DNA from: Selaginella moellendorffii
Taxonomy: Eukaryota; Plantae; Lycopodiophyta
DNA: 64,000 nucleotides
NCBI RefSeq assembly: GCF_000143415.4
Contig: NW_003314285.1
Span: forward strand, 336,152 to 400,151
Direction: 5' to 3'
The position numbers were made by a program, and so were the translations under genes. Shown piece by piece: positions 15,001 through 29,800 of the stretch. Below the pieces are notes generated by a model, which made no database searches, was not told the origin of the DNA, and worked only from the letters and a program-made list of their open reading frames with translations. Every line of letters starts with the position of its first letter. Positions within the stretch are counted from its first letter, which is position 1.

Positions 15001-15612
15001 CTTTCAGCTCTAGGCTATTCCTCAGGTTCTCTATTGTGAACACCACTAGATTGCCCAACTTCAAGGATTTGCGTTGGTGGTGGTGGTGGTGGCTGCTGTT
15101 GCCGCCACTGCTGTGCTGCAGAGGCAATAGTGGCAGTGGTGGTGGTGGCGGTGGCAATGGCAGTGGTGGAGGTGGTGATAGAGGTGGTGGAGGTGGTGAT
15201 GGCAGAGGTGATGGTGGTGGAGGTGGTGAATCTCTAACTAAATGTGTCTTTGTTGTGCCAATAGACATGTCGATCGTGATGTCGTTGTTAGTGACTTCTT
15301 ATGTTTTCTTGGCTCCAACAACCTTTTTATCTGTTACAATTTTCCTTTTCTGCAAGAGAAAAAATTTTGTTAGTCAAACTAAATAAAGATAATGAGAAAT
15401 TCAAACAGTCAAAGAGAAAAAAAAATCAAGTGGGCCTAGACTCCACCTCGGGAACTTTGGTTGCCCAGGGGGCCGAGGTTATTCAAATAACCTCGGCCCC
15501 TTGGCCAGCAAAGCTGCCCGAGGTGGCCGGCCCTAAAGAAGCAATCAAGAAAAAACAAGAAGAAAAAAATGGAAGTGAAAGCAATCAAATTGAAACTCAC
15601 CCTTGGTGGCAT
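12009..15612 (-). pseudogene. Multi-exon gene: Pro-rich N-terminus, ParB/Srx-like domain and beta-class N6A/N4C DNA methyltransferase-like domain; disabled
   Basis: MFQIIDGNHRYGAW (ParB-like GxHR, ~14570-14610); IVDFILFDFPDG (motif IV, cf. DLILTDPPY, ~12680-12712); FRTLSAMQVLLELYCPPDGVVIDCTVGSGS...GRLVFAIEK (motifs X, I, II, ~12070-12212); short GT-AG introns; several in-frame stops and a frameshift. Confidence 0.75.
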
Positions 15613-15649
15613 CTTTCCTTCCTGATTTTTTGATCGTGCTGGATTTCTT

Positions 15650-15890
15650 ATGCGCTCAATCTCTCCCGCTCACATGCTCAATCTCTCCCATTCATGCGCT
15701 CAATCTCTCCGGCTCGCACGCTCAAACTCTCCCGCTCACGCGCTCAATCTCTCCCGCTCACGCGCTCAATCGCTCGATCTCCTTCGTGCTCAATCGCTCG
15801 ATCTCCTTCGTGCTCAATCCCTCGATCTCCTTAGTGCTCGATCCCTCGATCTCTCACGCTCGATCTCTTGATCTCTCGCGCGCTCTCAGT
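15650..15890 (+). repeat. Degenerate ~21-22 bp tandem repeat (GCTCAATCTCTCCCGCTCACGC / GCTCGATCTCCTTCGT) upstream of the ParB-MTase gene
   Basis: Visible periodicity; gives repetitive spurious ORFs (RAQSLDLL repeats). Confidence 0.8.
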
Positions 15891-16765
15891 GCGAACAATA
15901 ACCTAATCTTAGCAGCTACCCTAACCCTAATCCTGACGGCTGCCCTAACCCTAACCAATCTCTCATCCTGGCTGTTCATTCCAAATAACCTAAATCTCAA
16001 CCATCACAATATCTTTGATATTATTTTATCTTATCATTATTATTATATGTAAATTATGCTTCTTTATTTTGTATATTTTAATGATGGTATAACTAGCACC
16101 TATCAACATTTCTGTTATTAAAGATATGATATTATATTTTACAAATTATCTAGAAAGGATGCATTCTCATGAATATTTTGTACATATTTTGGAATTGTTA
16201 GAGTATAAATAAGGCACGTTAAAATATGTTATACTATATCCATCTATGAATGGATGAATCCTCATCCAGAAATTTATTTTGTATTGTATTACATCCTAAA
16301 CAATAGGCATGTGCTTTAAATGTTATTGAGCAGTGTTCACAATTATGGATAAAACTTGAGTTGTACTACAAATCAAATCTATCATTGAAGAATAACATTT
16401 GACAAGATTTATTATCATCTACCACTTAAAATTTGACAACTTGACATATCACACGTGCTGACAATCAGATTGAATCTCTTGGTTTGACATGCTATAGCAG
16501 AATGTCATTACTGGTATCATTATTAACTATCAAACTTCACATGCTGAAAATCCTTTCTTAGATCTATGTGTATACATGCATCAGACATCATAATAGATGA
16601 CAGTAATATTAATACTATCACACTTGCACATGTTAAATTTGCTATAGAAGTTAAATTCATTTTGTACGTTGTCTTCTTATTGCTCTATTTAAATTTCAAT
16701 TATGTTTCTCTATGGATTTTTATAAGTAGCATAAAAAGAGAGAACTCCAAAACCTATTGAGAAGG

Positions 16766-19700
16766 ATGGAGAGGTTTCTTCTTCATTTTTGAGATCACCC
16801 ACCTCTTTCATTCTTTCAGAGTATTGTTTCTGAAAGTTTTTTATGTTGGCGTTTTGATCTTCGTCTTGGCTCTATTTCTTTAGAGGCTGTGATTCGCAAC
16901 GACACCAGTATAGTTGCATACTCAGAGTTTCTTCTTTCTAGTGTGGGCGAGGGTGGACAACAATGGGATTTACAGAATTCCAAATCGAAGGAGATTCGAG
17001 TGTTTGGATCTCTAATCAAAATGCCAAAATACACTCCAGCCAAAGTGAATGTGAAGCAAGAGTCAGTCGTTATCCTCTCGTCCTCTTCTAGTTTAAGTGG
17101 AGAAGTTATGCTAATGTCGGCGCCGAATTCACCAGCTCCAGCTCCAGCTTCAACTCCAACTTCAGCAATATTCAAAGCCGTTAGCAATGCTTTCTAGTTT
17201 TCATGCCTCTCAATCAATGTGCACTTGTTTTTGTATAGGCTTGTGAGTGAGCTTCCATCCTCCTACAACGGCAACATTTTCTTCGAGCTACCACCTCTTG
17301 TCAGCAGCACAGGTTCCAAACGGAAGGGGATGGAAACCAAGTAGGATGTCCACAATTGGTGCAAGATCAAGACTACACACTTCCAACATTTTGAAGGCAT
17401 AGTGTCTATAGTTTATTGTGGCAGGCATTTAGATTGTGTGGATGAAGCATGCAATCAAGACCGCTCTAGAAACTCTATATTTTTCGAAGGGTCTATAGTC
17501 AATCCTTCAGCCTGTGACACCATTACTGTTGGATTCAAATGTCGATTCTGCAAAAATGCTCCTCTATGTTGTGCTATCTGCGAGGCCAAAATGTACTACT
17601 TTCTTTCACGGGATGGAGTGGCTAAAAGAGCTGCAGTGCATGTTGGCACACATATACATCCAATGCAAAAAGGGATACAAAGGAGTTCTCTCAACCATTT
17701 CAAAGATGTTGTGCAGGAAGAGACTATGAGAAACTCATCTGTAACTCCGAAACATGTTCAAAAACCGTCCTCAAGGATTTTATCGCAAACACCTTACTGT
17801 AAGCGACTAATTTTTCCATTCTACTTTAGTCACTTAACCACACCTCCGACCACTTGAAGGAGTCTCATTCACAACCTCCATCAGTCCAATTCAGGACTTG
17901 AGACTTGCTAGCCCCAAGAATGGCATCCATGCCACTCAACACTTGCACCTGGTCCAAGTGCTCCACGTGTCCGGTCCCAAGACCAACACTCAAAGGTACT
18001 ACCGATATAGTAGCCTATTACGCTAAGGCCATGCTCAATCACCTTTGCCACACTGGTAGTCCAATACCACTTGCATCACAGTCTTGGCTCTCCAAGACTA
18101 GGCAAACCATTCGTGAGTGGTCATCTCAGATCCACTCCTTAGCATCCTTAGGATGCCCACCGATAAGGGGAACAACCTTCCCCAATATCCCTCTGTTAAT
18201 CCCCACTAAGTCCCTTTCTGCCCCTGGCCGTGTTTGCCAACACTGCCACTGGATCGAGGCCCACATGCCCGACCACTAAATCCCACGGTCCTCTGGGACT
18301 TCCTCTCCCCACGACTGTGTCCTTGGTCACTACCCCAGAGGACTGCTCATCTTCCTTTCCACAGTCTGGGCCTTTGGGACAACATTTCGGAACACCGTGG
18401 CCTTACGCAAGCCACCTAGGTACTCTCCCCGCCTTCCACCTTTGGGTGCTCTAGCCATGGGCTTAGAGCGAGGTTCCGTTGAGCCATGCCTGGTATCCAA
18501 GTAGGTAGTGCCACCCACACTTGGACTGGGAGCATCGGCCAGTCGATCTCCCGGGGGAACTAGAGCCAGCTCTTGAACACTTCACCAAGCTACCCCGTTT
18601 GTCAGTCCATGTTCACTCTAGTCTTGGACTTCCCAGTGGTCAGCTCATCACCCAACACTGGGTTTGCCCTTCCTGGGCCAAACTAGCCTTTCCTGGCCAA
18701 ACTGGCTCCACTGGGCTCCAACCCCCACACTCCCCCCCCCTCTGGGAGACACACGCTTTGGGCTTTCACCCCTTGACCCGTATTAGTATTTGGACTTAGT
18801 CTCTGGCTCGATCTCGAACCCGATTTCGGATCCGACTTCGGATTCGGTCTCGGACTCGATCTCGGACCCGATCTCGGACCCGACCTCGGACTCGACCTCG
18901 GACTCGGTCTCAGACCCGATTTCGGATCTCGGACTCCGTCTCGAACTCGGTCTCGAACTCGGACTCGAACTCTGTCCCCGAGTCGGTCTCGGACTCGATT
19001 CCGGACTCTATCTCGAACTCGGTCCTAGAGTCGGTCTTGGACTCGATCTTCGACTTGGTCCCATCCGATGAACTCTTTGTCATTTTGGTCATGCTTTTGG
19101 GGTTCCTTTAGCCTACGACACCTCGGCGAGTTGGTTCCTTACACCATCTCGGACTCCATCTCGGGTCCATCTTGGACTCCATCTCGGATCCATCTCGGAC
19201 TTCATCTCGGACTCTTCCACGTGTCATATGTTGGTCCCTTTGGGTCCCTTTGTAGAGCCTCGCTTATGGCTCGCTTCGTGCTCATTCCTTGAGCACTTTG
19301 TTGGGAGTTTCACTCCCGCTCTCGACCTTTGAAGTCGGAACTTTTAGTCCAAACGTGTTACGCTCGTTTGGCTTTCGCTTCGGCCACTACCACATGGCAC
19401 CCTTCCGGCTCCACTTTGGGGCCTAGGGATTTTGTGTCTCACACTTACTCAATCCAGGTTGCCAAAAGACTCAACTAAACGAGGCTAGCTTGTGGGACTT
19501 ACTATGAGGAGTACAACCTGCTACGAGCCTAAGGAGGTACATTTGTTATTTTTCATACGTTATAATAATATTTTTTTCTTACATTATATTGTTTAGGATA
19601 AAATCTTGGATGTGTGAATCTCGAGAGGGGAAGTTGCAATAAAAAATTGCCTCCATCCTTGAATTGAAATAGACCTGTCCATACGAATTCATCCATAGAA

Positions 19701-21705
19701 GTTTATTTCCAAACTAAGTTATGAATGAGCAAGAGTGCCCTTTCGTCTTCAAAATGTCTACCATGGGCCCTGCCTCTAGTGTAGATCTTGTCTCCCGAAT
19801 GGACATGTTTGGGTCTAGTGACCTTGCAAATGCATGGGTACATTTTGACCATATGGAGCACGTATCGGGTTGGACAACCATGGGAGCTCATGTGTATGAT
19901 CCAAGGTAATTTTTATTCTCATTATATTGAAATTGTTATAATATTTGTGTTTTCATAGACTACGTTGTAACTTAACAATTGCGACAGTAGAGTTTAAAGT
20001 ACAAGACCAGACAGCACAGGAAATATTTTGGAAGTCCCTCTCTGATATTGTCCTAAAGCAGACTGGTAAGCATACAAACTTTCGCAGTTTCATAGCAGAT
20101 GGGGCTAGTGCAAATTGGAATGGTATCCGAGTAGTTTTTGGGAATGGTCAGACATTGGAAGGTCATGAGAGGACTTGTGAGTTCCATTGGGCTCAAAGCC
20201 TAAACCAGCATTGCCACCTTATCAAGCCAGAGTTTCAATCAATATTTAAGGAGTTGTGCAAACAATGGCAGGTTGCATCTTTTGAAGAAGAGTATGAGGC
20301 AAAAAAAAACAAGATTTGAATATGGTGGTGTGAAGATGCTATACAAACTTAAGTTGCCTACCACAACTTGAGTCATGGTTAGGATGGTGGGAAGTTAGGA
20401 TGTTCCAGTGGGGACATCACTCTTTTTAGGTTGGTTTATATTTTTTCTTCTCCTTTTATTACCTCTTAATATTGCCTTTTCCATTAGGATCAACCATTTG
20501 AGGACCTCGCATACACCCCAACTATGAATCTCTCTGAAAGTTGGCATTCCTCTGAGGCAAGGAAAGGGAAGATGAGTCTATACGAAGCCTGTCTATCAGA
20601 TTTGATACATGCTATAGAGCAATCTTCAAAAGCATTGGCATTCGAGGAAGAAAGATACATGGGAACAGGGCCTTCTGTTGAGATGTTACATAATAGGATG
20701 AAGAGAAAATTAACTCCACCCGCCCGAACAATGGCAACTACAGTTGAGGAAGTGGTTCGTGGCACATCTATAGAGTACACTCCCCGAGCTTCTATTGGTG
20801 ATATGAAGATTGTCCGCTCAAAGTGTCATTTTTCCTTTGCTGGGGAAGATGTTGGTACGGACCTTGGAGCGAAAAGCTCTCATAGGCCTAATGTCGAGTA
20901 CCATTCTGCTCCAAGACATCGCTCTCGGACTGAGCCACCTCAAGTGGCTGATGAAGAGAGTGCATCACAATAGGTTGAAATTGCTTACTATAGCATGGAG
21001 CCAAAGCAATGGGCAATCCGACGTGTGCCAGCAAAATCGAATGTAAGGTGTGTGGGGATGCTTCTGAGGGGCAAGTGTTGGGCCTGGATTCGTGGTGACA
21101 AATTTGCTTCTGTTCCAGCCCCATGTTTCTATGGGGAACAAAAGCAAGTAGGATTTTTGAGATGGTGCTAGCTATATTGTTGCAACACTGACACCAACCA
21201 TATGAAGCGGCTTGAAGACACTATAGTGACTAAACTTGATGTAATACCTAAAGAATGGCCAGTTGCTAATGGGGTTGCATTCACCTCGGATGAGATTAAA
21301 AACCTTGAGAAATCTGGTTTTAATCTTGAGAGGAGAGTTGGAGACATGAGTGATAGGAGCAGGACTATTTCTACAAAGATGCACAGGAGGCCAGCACAAA
21401 AAGGTAAGGCAGATAAATTTATTGGTACCGTCTCCAAGTAGAAGCAAGGTAAAATAAACTTGGCTCAAACACTTGAGTGTGAGATTCTTTCCACGAAGTA
21501 CATCACTATACTTGCAAAGGAGTACATAGTCAAAATAGAAGGTGGAGAGTACACAATTGCCATTCACAACTTTCCTTCTTGCACATGTCCAGACTTTACG
21601 AAGCGCGAGGAACATGGGAAGGCATATGCTCCTTGCAAGCATATGTACTACATCTTCATCAACATCTTGCACTAGGATTCTATAGTGGATATTCATATAC
21701 ACTAA
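16766..21705 (+). pseudogene. MULE (Mutator-like) DDE transposase with N-terminal Cys/His (GCM-like) region and C-terminal SWIM zinc finger; split by a solo LTR
   Basis: AWVHFDHM (D1), FIADGASANWNG (D2), RTCEFHWAQ (CxxH), TMNLSESWHS (E), PSCTCPDF...PCKHMY (SWIM); N-terminal CGRHLDC..C, CRFC..C..C...H..H; introns; many stops; start position approximate. Confidence 0.85.
17798..19443 (-). mobile_element. Solo LTR (family B) inserted in the MULE transposase
   Basis: TG...CA termini; TSD CTTAC at 17793-17797 and 19444-19448; reverse complement of the LTR at 58238-60280; internal CTCGGA-type hexamer array at ~18800-19210. Confidence 0.92.
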
Positions 21706-22204
21706 GCAAGGATGTGCAATTGTAATTTGAGTTGAAGGCTAGAGTACATTGGTTTTGGCCCATAAGGATTTATCAATAGTCTACAACAATATTAAAGTGC
21801 TTCATCATCTTTCACATCATCTAGATCCTAGGCATTGAGTGCCTCTATTAAATAGTTGTTAGAGTGTTTCACCTTTAGACCATCTCACTTGCTTCTTCTC
21901 TAGATTGTAGCTTGCATGGGCTCAAAAGGCAAACTAGACTCAAGTGGTAGGTTAGGCTTAGGAAACAAGCTACACTCATGATAGCTTAAACATATGTTCT
22001 AGAGTTAGTCATTGGTAAGTGTGCTAGCTAGAAATGGCATACACTATATTTATAGATAGTAGCTTACTATAAAAATTTCACACAAACTCTTGAATTGAAT
22101 CGACACTAATCACAGGCTGATCTCTTAGTGTTCTCTTGCTAGCTTTCTCTTATCTTGTATATTAAATTTGTGTTCTTAACCTACAGTCTTGACAAGCAAA
22201 AGCA

Positions 22205-23455
22205 CTACCAACCGTAAATGATCATTAAGACCTTTCCCGACAAAATAAAGAAGGTTATCTTCAAATGCCAAAATGGCAGTTATCAGTAAGCAATATAAAA
22301 TTCTCAAACCCATTATAAAGTTTTTAGATCCATAGCTCAACCTTTTAAGTTTTATGAACATCGTTAAAAATAAATAAATTTTGCTATGCATCTTGTGGAT
22401 ATTGAATATTAAATACAACAACCTCTAATAGCACAGAATTTTTGTCTAGGAAATCCACAGATGTTGGAATAACAAATTCGTCAGGAACATAAAAAGAGAG
22501 TAAAGAAGGGAAAAAAATTCAAGAAAGGGCATCAGTATCAACCATAGAACTCCTTAGGCAATGAAAAACCTTGAAATTATATATCTAAAGCTTCAAAGTC
22601 TATCGAGTAATACAATGAACCGAGTTCTTCTACTTCAATAATAAAGTAAATGCATCATGATCATTTTCTAGTAATGTCTGAAAACCATGCAAATATGCAT
22701 GAAACTTCTCAAAACCTTAAACTACTACTAAACACTTTTCTATCATGGAGTAATTCACCTCTATTGATTGTAATATATTACTGATGTACATAATGGGATG
22801 ATGTTGACCATGCACACTCGTACTTTTTTACATCAAGACATTTATGAGACCGATATCAAAGCATCCATATGTAAAATGAATGATCAAATGTACTTAAAAT
22901 ATGCCAAAATTGGAGGAGTCATTAATGTCTCTTTGAGATTCGTGAATGCCCGTTCATAGTCCTCTAACTAAATGAAAGATAATATTAACAACTTCAACAA
23001 CACTCACAATAGTACAATATGATAAAAAAGATAATCAATAAAATAATTGAAATACTATATTTTGTTTAGGAAGTGTTGCACATCATTCACACACTTCGAA
23101 TATAAAACTTTAGAACAACTACAACTTTGTCATGATTAATTTACAAACCCTCACAATAAATATGATACCCAAGATAAATTATATTCTTGGATCCAAATAT
23201 GCACTTTGACCGCTTTAATTTTCAACTAACTTCCTGTAGCTGATATAACACTTTGTGAATATCATAGATGTGTTCCTCCTATATCCCCTTTAAATGGATC
23301 AAAACATCATTGATAAAGTTAGTTGTCACCCCTAGCATATTGCAAAGAACTTTATCCATCATCTGCTAAAAAATCTTTGAAATATTGTTCAAACCAAAAA
23401 GCATCACCAAGAATTTGTATAAACCACATAGTATATAAAAAACAGTTTTGGGAAC
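22205..23455 (-). mobile_element. Third partial copy of the degenerate Gypsy RT/RNase H region
   Basis: Direct repeat of ~36485-37730 and inverted relative to ~3285-4515. Confidence 0.85.
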
Positions 23456-23812
23456 ATTATTCTCATCTAGCAACACTTGATAATACCGAAAAATGAAGTT
23501 TACCTTGGTGAACTAATGACTTCTCCCTAATCCAAAAGATCAATAGTATGAGGACAAATGTATACATTTAAGATAGTCACCTCATTTAACGGATAATAAT
23601 TGATGCAAAAGTGAATATTCCTATTCGACTTCATCACAAGATGAAGTTCACATACCTAAGGACATTGAGACTTTTGAATAACACCCTTCTTTAACATGTT
23701 TTTTATGTTTGTGCATAAAATCTTGATCTCCTTTGGTGATCAATGCCAAATAAAAACCTTGAGAATCTTTAGTTGGAATAAGATGATATATTATAATCTT
23801 GGCCTAAGATGA

Positions 23813-26800
23813 TATAATGCACATGGTTTTTACCCTTTATCCTATGGTGATTTACCATAAAATAACCACGGAAGCAGAACTTAAACCTTCCATGTGCCAT
23901 GTGTCATATGCCACGTGTCACATGCCATGTGTCTAAAGTGGAACCCAAGTTTTAGGGCCTTGGGCCACTGAATGAAGGAACGGTGCCAAACTCTCAAGCA
24001 TGGAGCCAAGGAGTGATGGAATTGGACTATAGAGCAACTCCCAAGCATACAGCCCAAGGAGCGAAGGGACAAAAGCACGGAGCAATTTGGAATAGTCCTA
24101 GAGCATCCCACATCCTAATGCCAGGACTAGCACGCAAAACAGAGCCAAACGGAGTCTGGTGTTATTTCAGCATACTGGTGGCCTAACGTGGGGATATGAG
24201 TACTCCACCAACTAGCATGGTATGGAACTTAAGCTTAGACCCAAGGTAGACGTAAAATAAATACAGGCATGCAAGTAGAATCTAGACTATACCTCAAGTT
24301 AGTCAGCCATGCCCAACCTACCCACTATACATTTGGAACCCCCTACAGCACCCCCCCTTCCCCCTTGAGGAACACATGCTTTGGGCTTTCACCCAAGCCT
24401 CCCTTAGTACCAAGAGTTGGTCTCTAGGACAAGCTCAAAACTTATTAAATATGGAATGTCCCTAGATTGCGAATTTAGACACAGCACAAACACTATTGTG
24501 TTTAGGCCAATCTCTACATTCTGTAGATATGCCAAATGAAATCTAGACACTTTCCATAAATAGCATTTGGGATTGAAATGAGACTAACACGAAAGGCATG
24601 ATGGTGAGGGTGTTTGGCAGACACGATAAGCTATCATCCAACGATATTGAAAGACTAGTCTCAATATGCGAGGGTTCTTGTTACTAGCAAGTGCAAGACA
24701 AAACGAGACGGGAACTCCCTACCGGGCTAAGTATGTTTAGCTAATAACACGTAGGAATTCTGTCTTTATGCTCGTCCGATCTAAGTACACTCGAAATGCC
24801 CAATTAACTCCACTAGCACAAGAGGGGCTAATAAAGGGTCCAACAATACCAACCTCTTGCCGTTGTGGCAATAAGGAAAGAGTGTCCGTAAGGACTAACC
24901 AACAAGTAACTTTCGATACCTGAAGTCACATTCATGACACTCCCCCCTAGGGAAGATCAACGTCCTCATCGATGCATACTTCAGTCTAGAATACCACCAA
25001 GGAAACAACTCCAAAAACAGTTCACAGTATTCATACTATGTGAAAAATGCACCAACTTAAATGAGTTAGGGGTAACCTCTTTGTCTAATGCGAATGCACT
25101 ACAAACTTAGACACCTTTCGGCCGTCGCCGACAAAGAAATGACCAACAGAGTTAGCCACCCTTGCTGCTCTAGATGTCACCCAACTTACAAAAGTGTGAT
25201 ACGCCCCTGCCTGCAGGGACATAGAGAGAGAAGCTAGAGGCCCCAAAGAAACCAAACCTAACAGTAAGGTTTAGATAGACTACTATAAATAAGCAATTAG
25301 AGTTGTTTACACGGTCATGCCCTTTTAATAAAATAAAGAACATCAACAGAGAGGTGGGTGATATGACTAGTCGACAGTAGCTACCGTATAACTAAAGATT
25401 TCACCATACACACGAAGTGCCGAAGTTAGTCTATTTATACTGGCCCAAACTCAAAAATCAATAGATAGACAATATCAAAGTCAAAGACAATGATATCTTA
25501 GAGACTTAATTATCAGTGAATATATCTTAAATGAGAACACAAAAGTATTCCAAATAAGTTATCATTTGATAAACCAAAATTATAGTATATAGGATCCACC
25601 AAGATCACTAAAGTTGGAAACATAGGATTTACTATTCAACAAAATTCAATAGCTAATGTATCATCAAGGAAACTTAATGATGAAACATAACAACCAAAGG
25701 TTGTAAATAATATGCCAAACAACTTACCAAAGATAACTCAAAAAACACAAAGTATTATTAACTGGCAAGCAAGATGCTCACAAATGTATTACCCGAAGGA
25801 AATAACATTCTAGTCTACTGAAACTAACGTGAGCAATAATCAACAGAACAGAATGAATGTGGCAAGAATAACAAACACTCGTTCATGCCAATTATCACAC
25901 TAGCCAATCCGAATAGATCTCAGCCAACAACACCAAGGAACTCAAGTTACCTAAGCAAGTGTCAACAATATCCTATTAATGTCTCAAACCCAAGAGACCA
26001 CTCCAGAGCAAACCACAAAAAACATGTGGTATTACAAAAAGCCATAAGCCATTAAAGAGAACAATTAACCATCATGAAAGATCATCAATCCTATCAAAAA
26101 GAGATATGCAAAATCATCATTTAAGAAGGAATCCATCATCCCGAAAAATAGTGAATTATTTTGTAACAACAACAATCAAGCAAAACCTTTTGATAAGGAT
26201 AATCAACTATCCTAGATGATAGTCAATCATCACTAATGATTGCTAGATGCAAACGCTAACTTCAACTTTGAAGCTATTAAGCTAAAATGCCTTCCCCAAC
26301 AACTTCTAGCAAATGAAACAAATAAGCATAAAAACTCAAGGAACCAAAAACATGAAGAAGTCTATAGCTATATTTTGCCTAACAATAATCATAAGTCTTG
26401 CATAAATTAACTTCAATGCTAAAGAAAAAATCATAGCACAACCCATAATATCCTTCTTAACACATCCATAAGCCAAACTTCATAATGCCAAAGCTAATCA
26501 AGAGCATATCTGCATCAATCCAAAAGCCAATCACAATGAAGCTATGCTCAACAAATGATCATCTAATCGATCCTTCATGAATCCATCTATAGCAAGACGT
26601 AACTCACTTTATAACAAGCACAAGAAGAATCATCAATGATCGATATATCCCAATTGAAATTCAACAAGGATTCAATCACTTCAGTACCAATGATTAACTC
26701 TTTCTCTCATAAAGTTAGCATAATTTATGACTAAATCACTTTTCAAGGAAAAGCTAAAACTCAACCCCTACTAAACAATCATGTTTAGAACACAACTAAC

Positions 26801-29800
26801 TCAACTTGTTACGTAGTTCATTTAAACGTCAATACAATTGCTAACTAGCAAATACACGGATGCCAATAACATAAAGCTACAACCCAAGCATTAACACTAT
26901 TTACATTGAGACTAATGAAACTTAATATCAATCCTAAGGAGAGATATTTCATTTCACTTAAATCTCAACATCAACAATATTAACAACAAAGCATCACTTC
27001 AATGCTATCAACACTAGAACATAGCTAGAAGAAAGTAAAAGTGAATCACCACTTGAAGCTTTTTAGCAACCAAGCTAACCAAAGTCAAAGATACCTTAGT
27101 CAGTATCCGAGTCTAAACCTTCAACAATACTCAATTACAGATAACATATCATCAAGAAGTGATTCACCACATCCAAAACTCAAAGAAATCCAACACCACA
27201 GACTAAACGTAACCAAATGACATTGACAAAGGTAGAATCGATATACCAACATGGAAAAACCATATAAGTCTAACGACAAGATCCTCCGCAATACCATCTG
27301 GTAAAAGAAGCCCATCACTGCTAAATTATTATTGAGTGAAGCAAGTGTCAAATAGTCCTTGAAAGTCTACAAGTAATCACTAATCGCAAAGTAACTAACA
27401 ATCACTTTTCAACTTGCCTTCACAAGACCCAAACACTAAACTCACGTCATCAAGTCATATGCTTGTCCAATATGAATGTAATACCCCAAATACGAGATAT
27501 TGGCTCATGGATAAGCACAAACTAATGACCACTCAAATCCAACTCAACTGCAATAAGCTTATTAATGTGTTTAGTCAATAATTTTGAGCATGCCTTGAAG
27601 AGGCTAGCTATGCATGATCAACACTTAGTCGAAACTAAAGTGAAGACCATGAGATGGACTCATATCGGTACACAACCTCCTCATAGACAAATCTATAACA
27701 ACATCTCAACTACAAACAACTAAGTTGGACATCACCATCCTCAACCAAGGCGCAAAGCTATTAAGACCAAGTCAAGATCAATGAGAGCTCACTACTCTCA
27801 TAGAGTCTAATGAAATGTAAGGTGCAACTTGCCACCAAGCACAACACTACAGAAGAAAGGCACAAATGTCATCTTTCTAGAAAAGTGCAACAGCCACGTT
27901 TCTACATCAATTCTAAACTCTATCCAATTCAATTGCCTTAGCATCAAAAGTTAACATTTTTTTTAGGCTGCATCATACAAACTACTTACTAAGGTCTAAG
28001 TTAACCAAAGTCAACTCTAACCCCTTCACTAGTTTGTACTGGGCTTATGAAAATGAAATGGTTTTCGAGTAAAGTGATCGACAGGTCAGCCATTGGAAAA
28101 GTCTAAGAAAATTGTGGAAAATTTTCCATCCTAGAGAAAGAATGACTCTCAGTCTAAAAATACAAACTTTCGAGACTTAACCAGCTTCCTTTTACTTACA
28201 ACTTCCCATAGGTTCACCTCAACACAAATTCTCATAACCCAATAATGTGTCTAAGCATCAAACATCTTTGCCCATATCTCCAAATCCAACACCGACATTT
28301 ACAAAATGCAAAACGAATATTCAAAGCTTGATCATGAAGACCATATCTTCAGATATCCACATTACACTAACACTCTTCTTTAATCACCTTCAAAATTTAA
28401 TGTGAAGCCAAAACACTAACAAGAAAAATGACATAAAACATCAAGATCTAAGGAGAATTCCTCATCACTTGAATTAACAATGCAACTTCCACTAACACAA
28501 GTGCTAGCAATGTCAATGCCTCAACTACACATCTTCTCCATCCAACAATCTACTCCAAGTGCTAACAGATCAATCGATAAATTATAGCAAATGAATACTA
28601 CAACCCTTTTCCAACACCTCAATGGGCAAACTCTTTGGAAACAAAGAACCAATTTAAACTTAGCATAATGCATCACCATTGAGAATCTAGTCAAAGCTAC
28701 TACAATGCTACTAGTGCAAGTAAATTAACTTCACCATCAACCACTTTGGGGTTGATCATTGAATAACTAAGTAACTTCGTAAACATATTACTCATTATCA
28801 TATGGATATGATATAAAAATCACAATGACTTGATCATCAATTTGAGCAACACCATAAGCATTACCCATATCATTACTTCAAAGGTTTATGTGAGTATCAA
28901 GTGCTAACTTAATTCAACAAAATGCAACACCAATGCCACACCCCACTGAAAGAGATTTACAACATTTAACACCACTAACTTTTGTTCACAATACGGACAA
29001 GCTCATATCACTCTCTTTTCGACCAAACTCAAAACTAATCCAACACCAAGCTACTCAAGGAGCAATACCAAGGTTCCTTAGAAAAGAATTGAGCATTGTA
29101 ACCTAAATTTTTTAATAGCAAGCCTAGACAAAATGGTTTAGCACTTCATCACTATCCATCCTATAATTCACTATTTATAAGACCATCATAACCAACATGC
29201 ATCAAGATAGGGTCTATTGATTGCATAATGTGAATAGGAGCAATGAGTCACACTTCATTGCGAATCATCTCTCCAAAACGAGAAAATGATTTATGTGTTT
29301 GATCTTTCGTCTTTAATTACTCTCTTTTTGGTCTCATCTTTGACTAAACCTCAAACTTGCATTTGCATTGCCTTTAGTCCAATCCAAAAAAAGTTTATAA
29401 AAGAGCACGGCAATGACTACTTGAACCAATAGACTAATCCCTATAATCTTGATTGATCTACTCATAATCATGTCTAGGAAGGATCCACTAGTGCTATGCT
29501 AAACAACTATAGACCAACCTATTTGCCACTCATAGCAAACCCATGGAAGGTTTACTTTCACCCATGGTACATGGAACAACTCATGGAACCACCGATAGGC
29601 TAACATTAATCCCGCCAACTCAAAATGTATCCTTGAGTTGCTAATGTGCCTCACTCACGAGCCCAAGTGCAAACTCGTGCAAACGGAATAACTCAGTCCC
29701 AACTTATGAGCCCAAGCTAAAGCTCATATAATCTAGTATGAAAGGAAAACAAATTTCATACCCAAGGAACAATTGCAAAGCCTTTGCACCCAAACGTGTA

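Noticed and set aside
14919-15386. Gly-rich plus-strand ORF
   Set aside because: Antisense shadow of the poly-Pro exon of the minus-strand gene
18790-19292. Ser/Asp- and Leu/Gly-repeat ORFs (also 58424-58769)
   Set aside because: Products of hexamer arrays inside family-B LTRs
9778-22204. Terminal inverted repeats and TSD for the MULE locus
   Set aside because: I could not find matching ends by eye, so linkage of the MTase gene to the MULE transposase rests on adjacency and orientation only
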